DNA of 64,000 nt from Dicyema japonicum (Eukaryota; Animalia; Dicyemida). Every line of letters begins with the position of its first letter. The first letter of the stretch is position 1. The notes beneath the pieces were generated by a model. The model did no database searches. It was given only the letters and a program-made list of their open reading frames with translations, and was not told the origin of the DNA. The stretch covers positions 310,001 to 374,000 of the forward strand of contig RDEW01000005.1 of the NCBI GenBank assembly GCA_011109175.1, read 5' to 3'. Position numbers and translations under genes: made by a program. Of the stretch, positions 63,340 through 64,000 are shown one piece after another.

Positions 63340-63430
63340 TATAGAATAACCCCTCGATCCTATTGAAATCTACCAGGATCACTTAATTAAATGGTTAACT
63401 CCTTTCTTGGTGTTCCCTTTTTCGAGGTTG
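63340..63430 (+). mobile_element. Vingi-like 3' end
   Basis: TACCAGGATCACTTAATTAAATGG..CTTGGTGTTCCC. Confidence 0.6.
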
Positions 63431-64000
63431 ATTAGTCCATTCTCAGAGAAGTTGCAGGCAACTGTGCCATAACTTTGTAACCACGAAAAACGTTTCTTAG
63501 TCAATCTATGTTTTTGCTAGTCAAAGACAAAAATATTTCATTATTTGTGATTCTCGAATAACGTGATCTATCCAAGCCTATAGTGTCTTGACTGGAATAG
63601 TAGGCGGTAGTCTCGAAAATGAAAATTTAATGTTAAATGTTTTTAGATTATTTATTAGCAATCATAACTAATGTTAGTATTGTTAATTTTCTAAATTTCG
63701 TGAGATAACATTTCTTGTCTTTTTCCAGCAATCTTTAGGTTGTAGAAGTAGTCATTCGAAATGTTTCGTTTGCCAGAAAAATAAAATTAAAATTAACTGT
63801 ATGAAAGATCATGGCATTTGTCAAATATGCCGATAATTTCCTCAACGTTGATTACCTTCAATTTAAGTGTATCTACAAGATCAATGTTATGAAGTATGCA
63901 ATGTAGTATTGAAATTGCATCAAGACATTCCAATTGGCTGAATTCCGCAATGAATGCAAAACATATTATTGTTACTACAAAATAATATTTATATAATATA

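Noticed and set aside
3465-63430. Recurrent GGGATCAC-containing repeats as a CRISPR-like array
   Set aside because: They are dispersed with irregular spacing, there are no cas genes, the context is eukaryotic, and they are LINE 3' ends

Overview
AT-rich animal (eukaryotic) genomic DNA, not prokaryotic. Seven compact host genes are recognisable: TDP2, a linker-less SMAD, DOLPP1, a CPVL-like serine carboxypeptidase, YRDC/Sua5, an NMDA-type glutamate receptor subunit and a RING E3 ligase. All seven are broken by very short GT-AG introns (mostly 22-29 nt). This points by inference to a reduced parasitic metazoan such as a dicyemid. Two tRNA-Val genes and a decayed MutS-family (MSH4/5-like) gene are also present. 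Much of the window is mobile DNA: Vingi/Ingi-like APE-RT LINEs (two carry a viral-type 2A/StopGo motif just upstream of the APE domain), CRE-clade PHD-RT-RLE elements, R4/Dong-like RT-RLE elements, RTE elements, intron-containing Ginger2-type integrases, and hAT/Buster and Tc1 remnants. The most striking structure is a 6.9-kb same-strand R4-CRE-R4 composite bounded by one 18-bp target-site duplication, with an in-register fusion of the two clades' endonuclease C-terminal helices. The assembly has N gaps, local duplications and frequent single-base indels in conserved genes, so frameshifts and tandem copies need caution. All family assignments are by-eye motif recognition; no database search was run.
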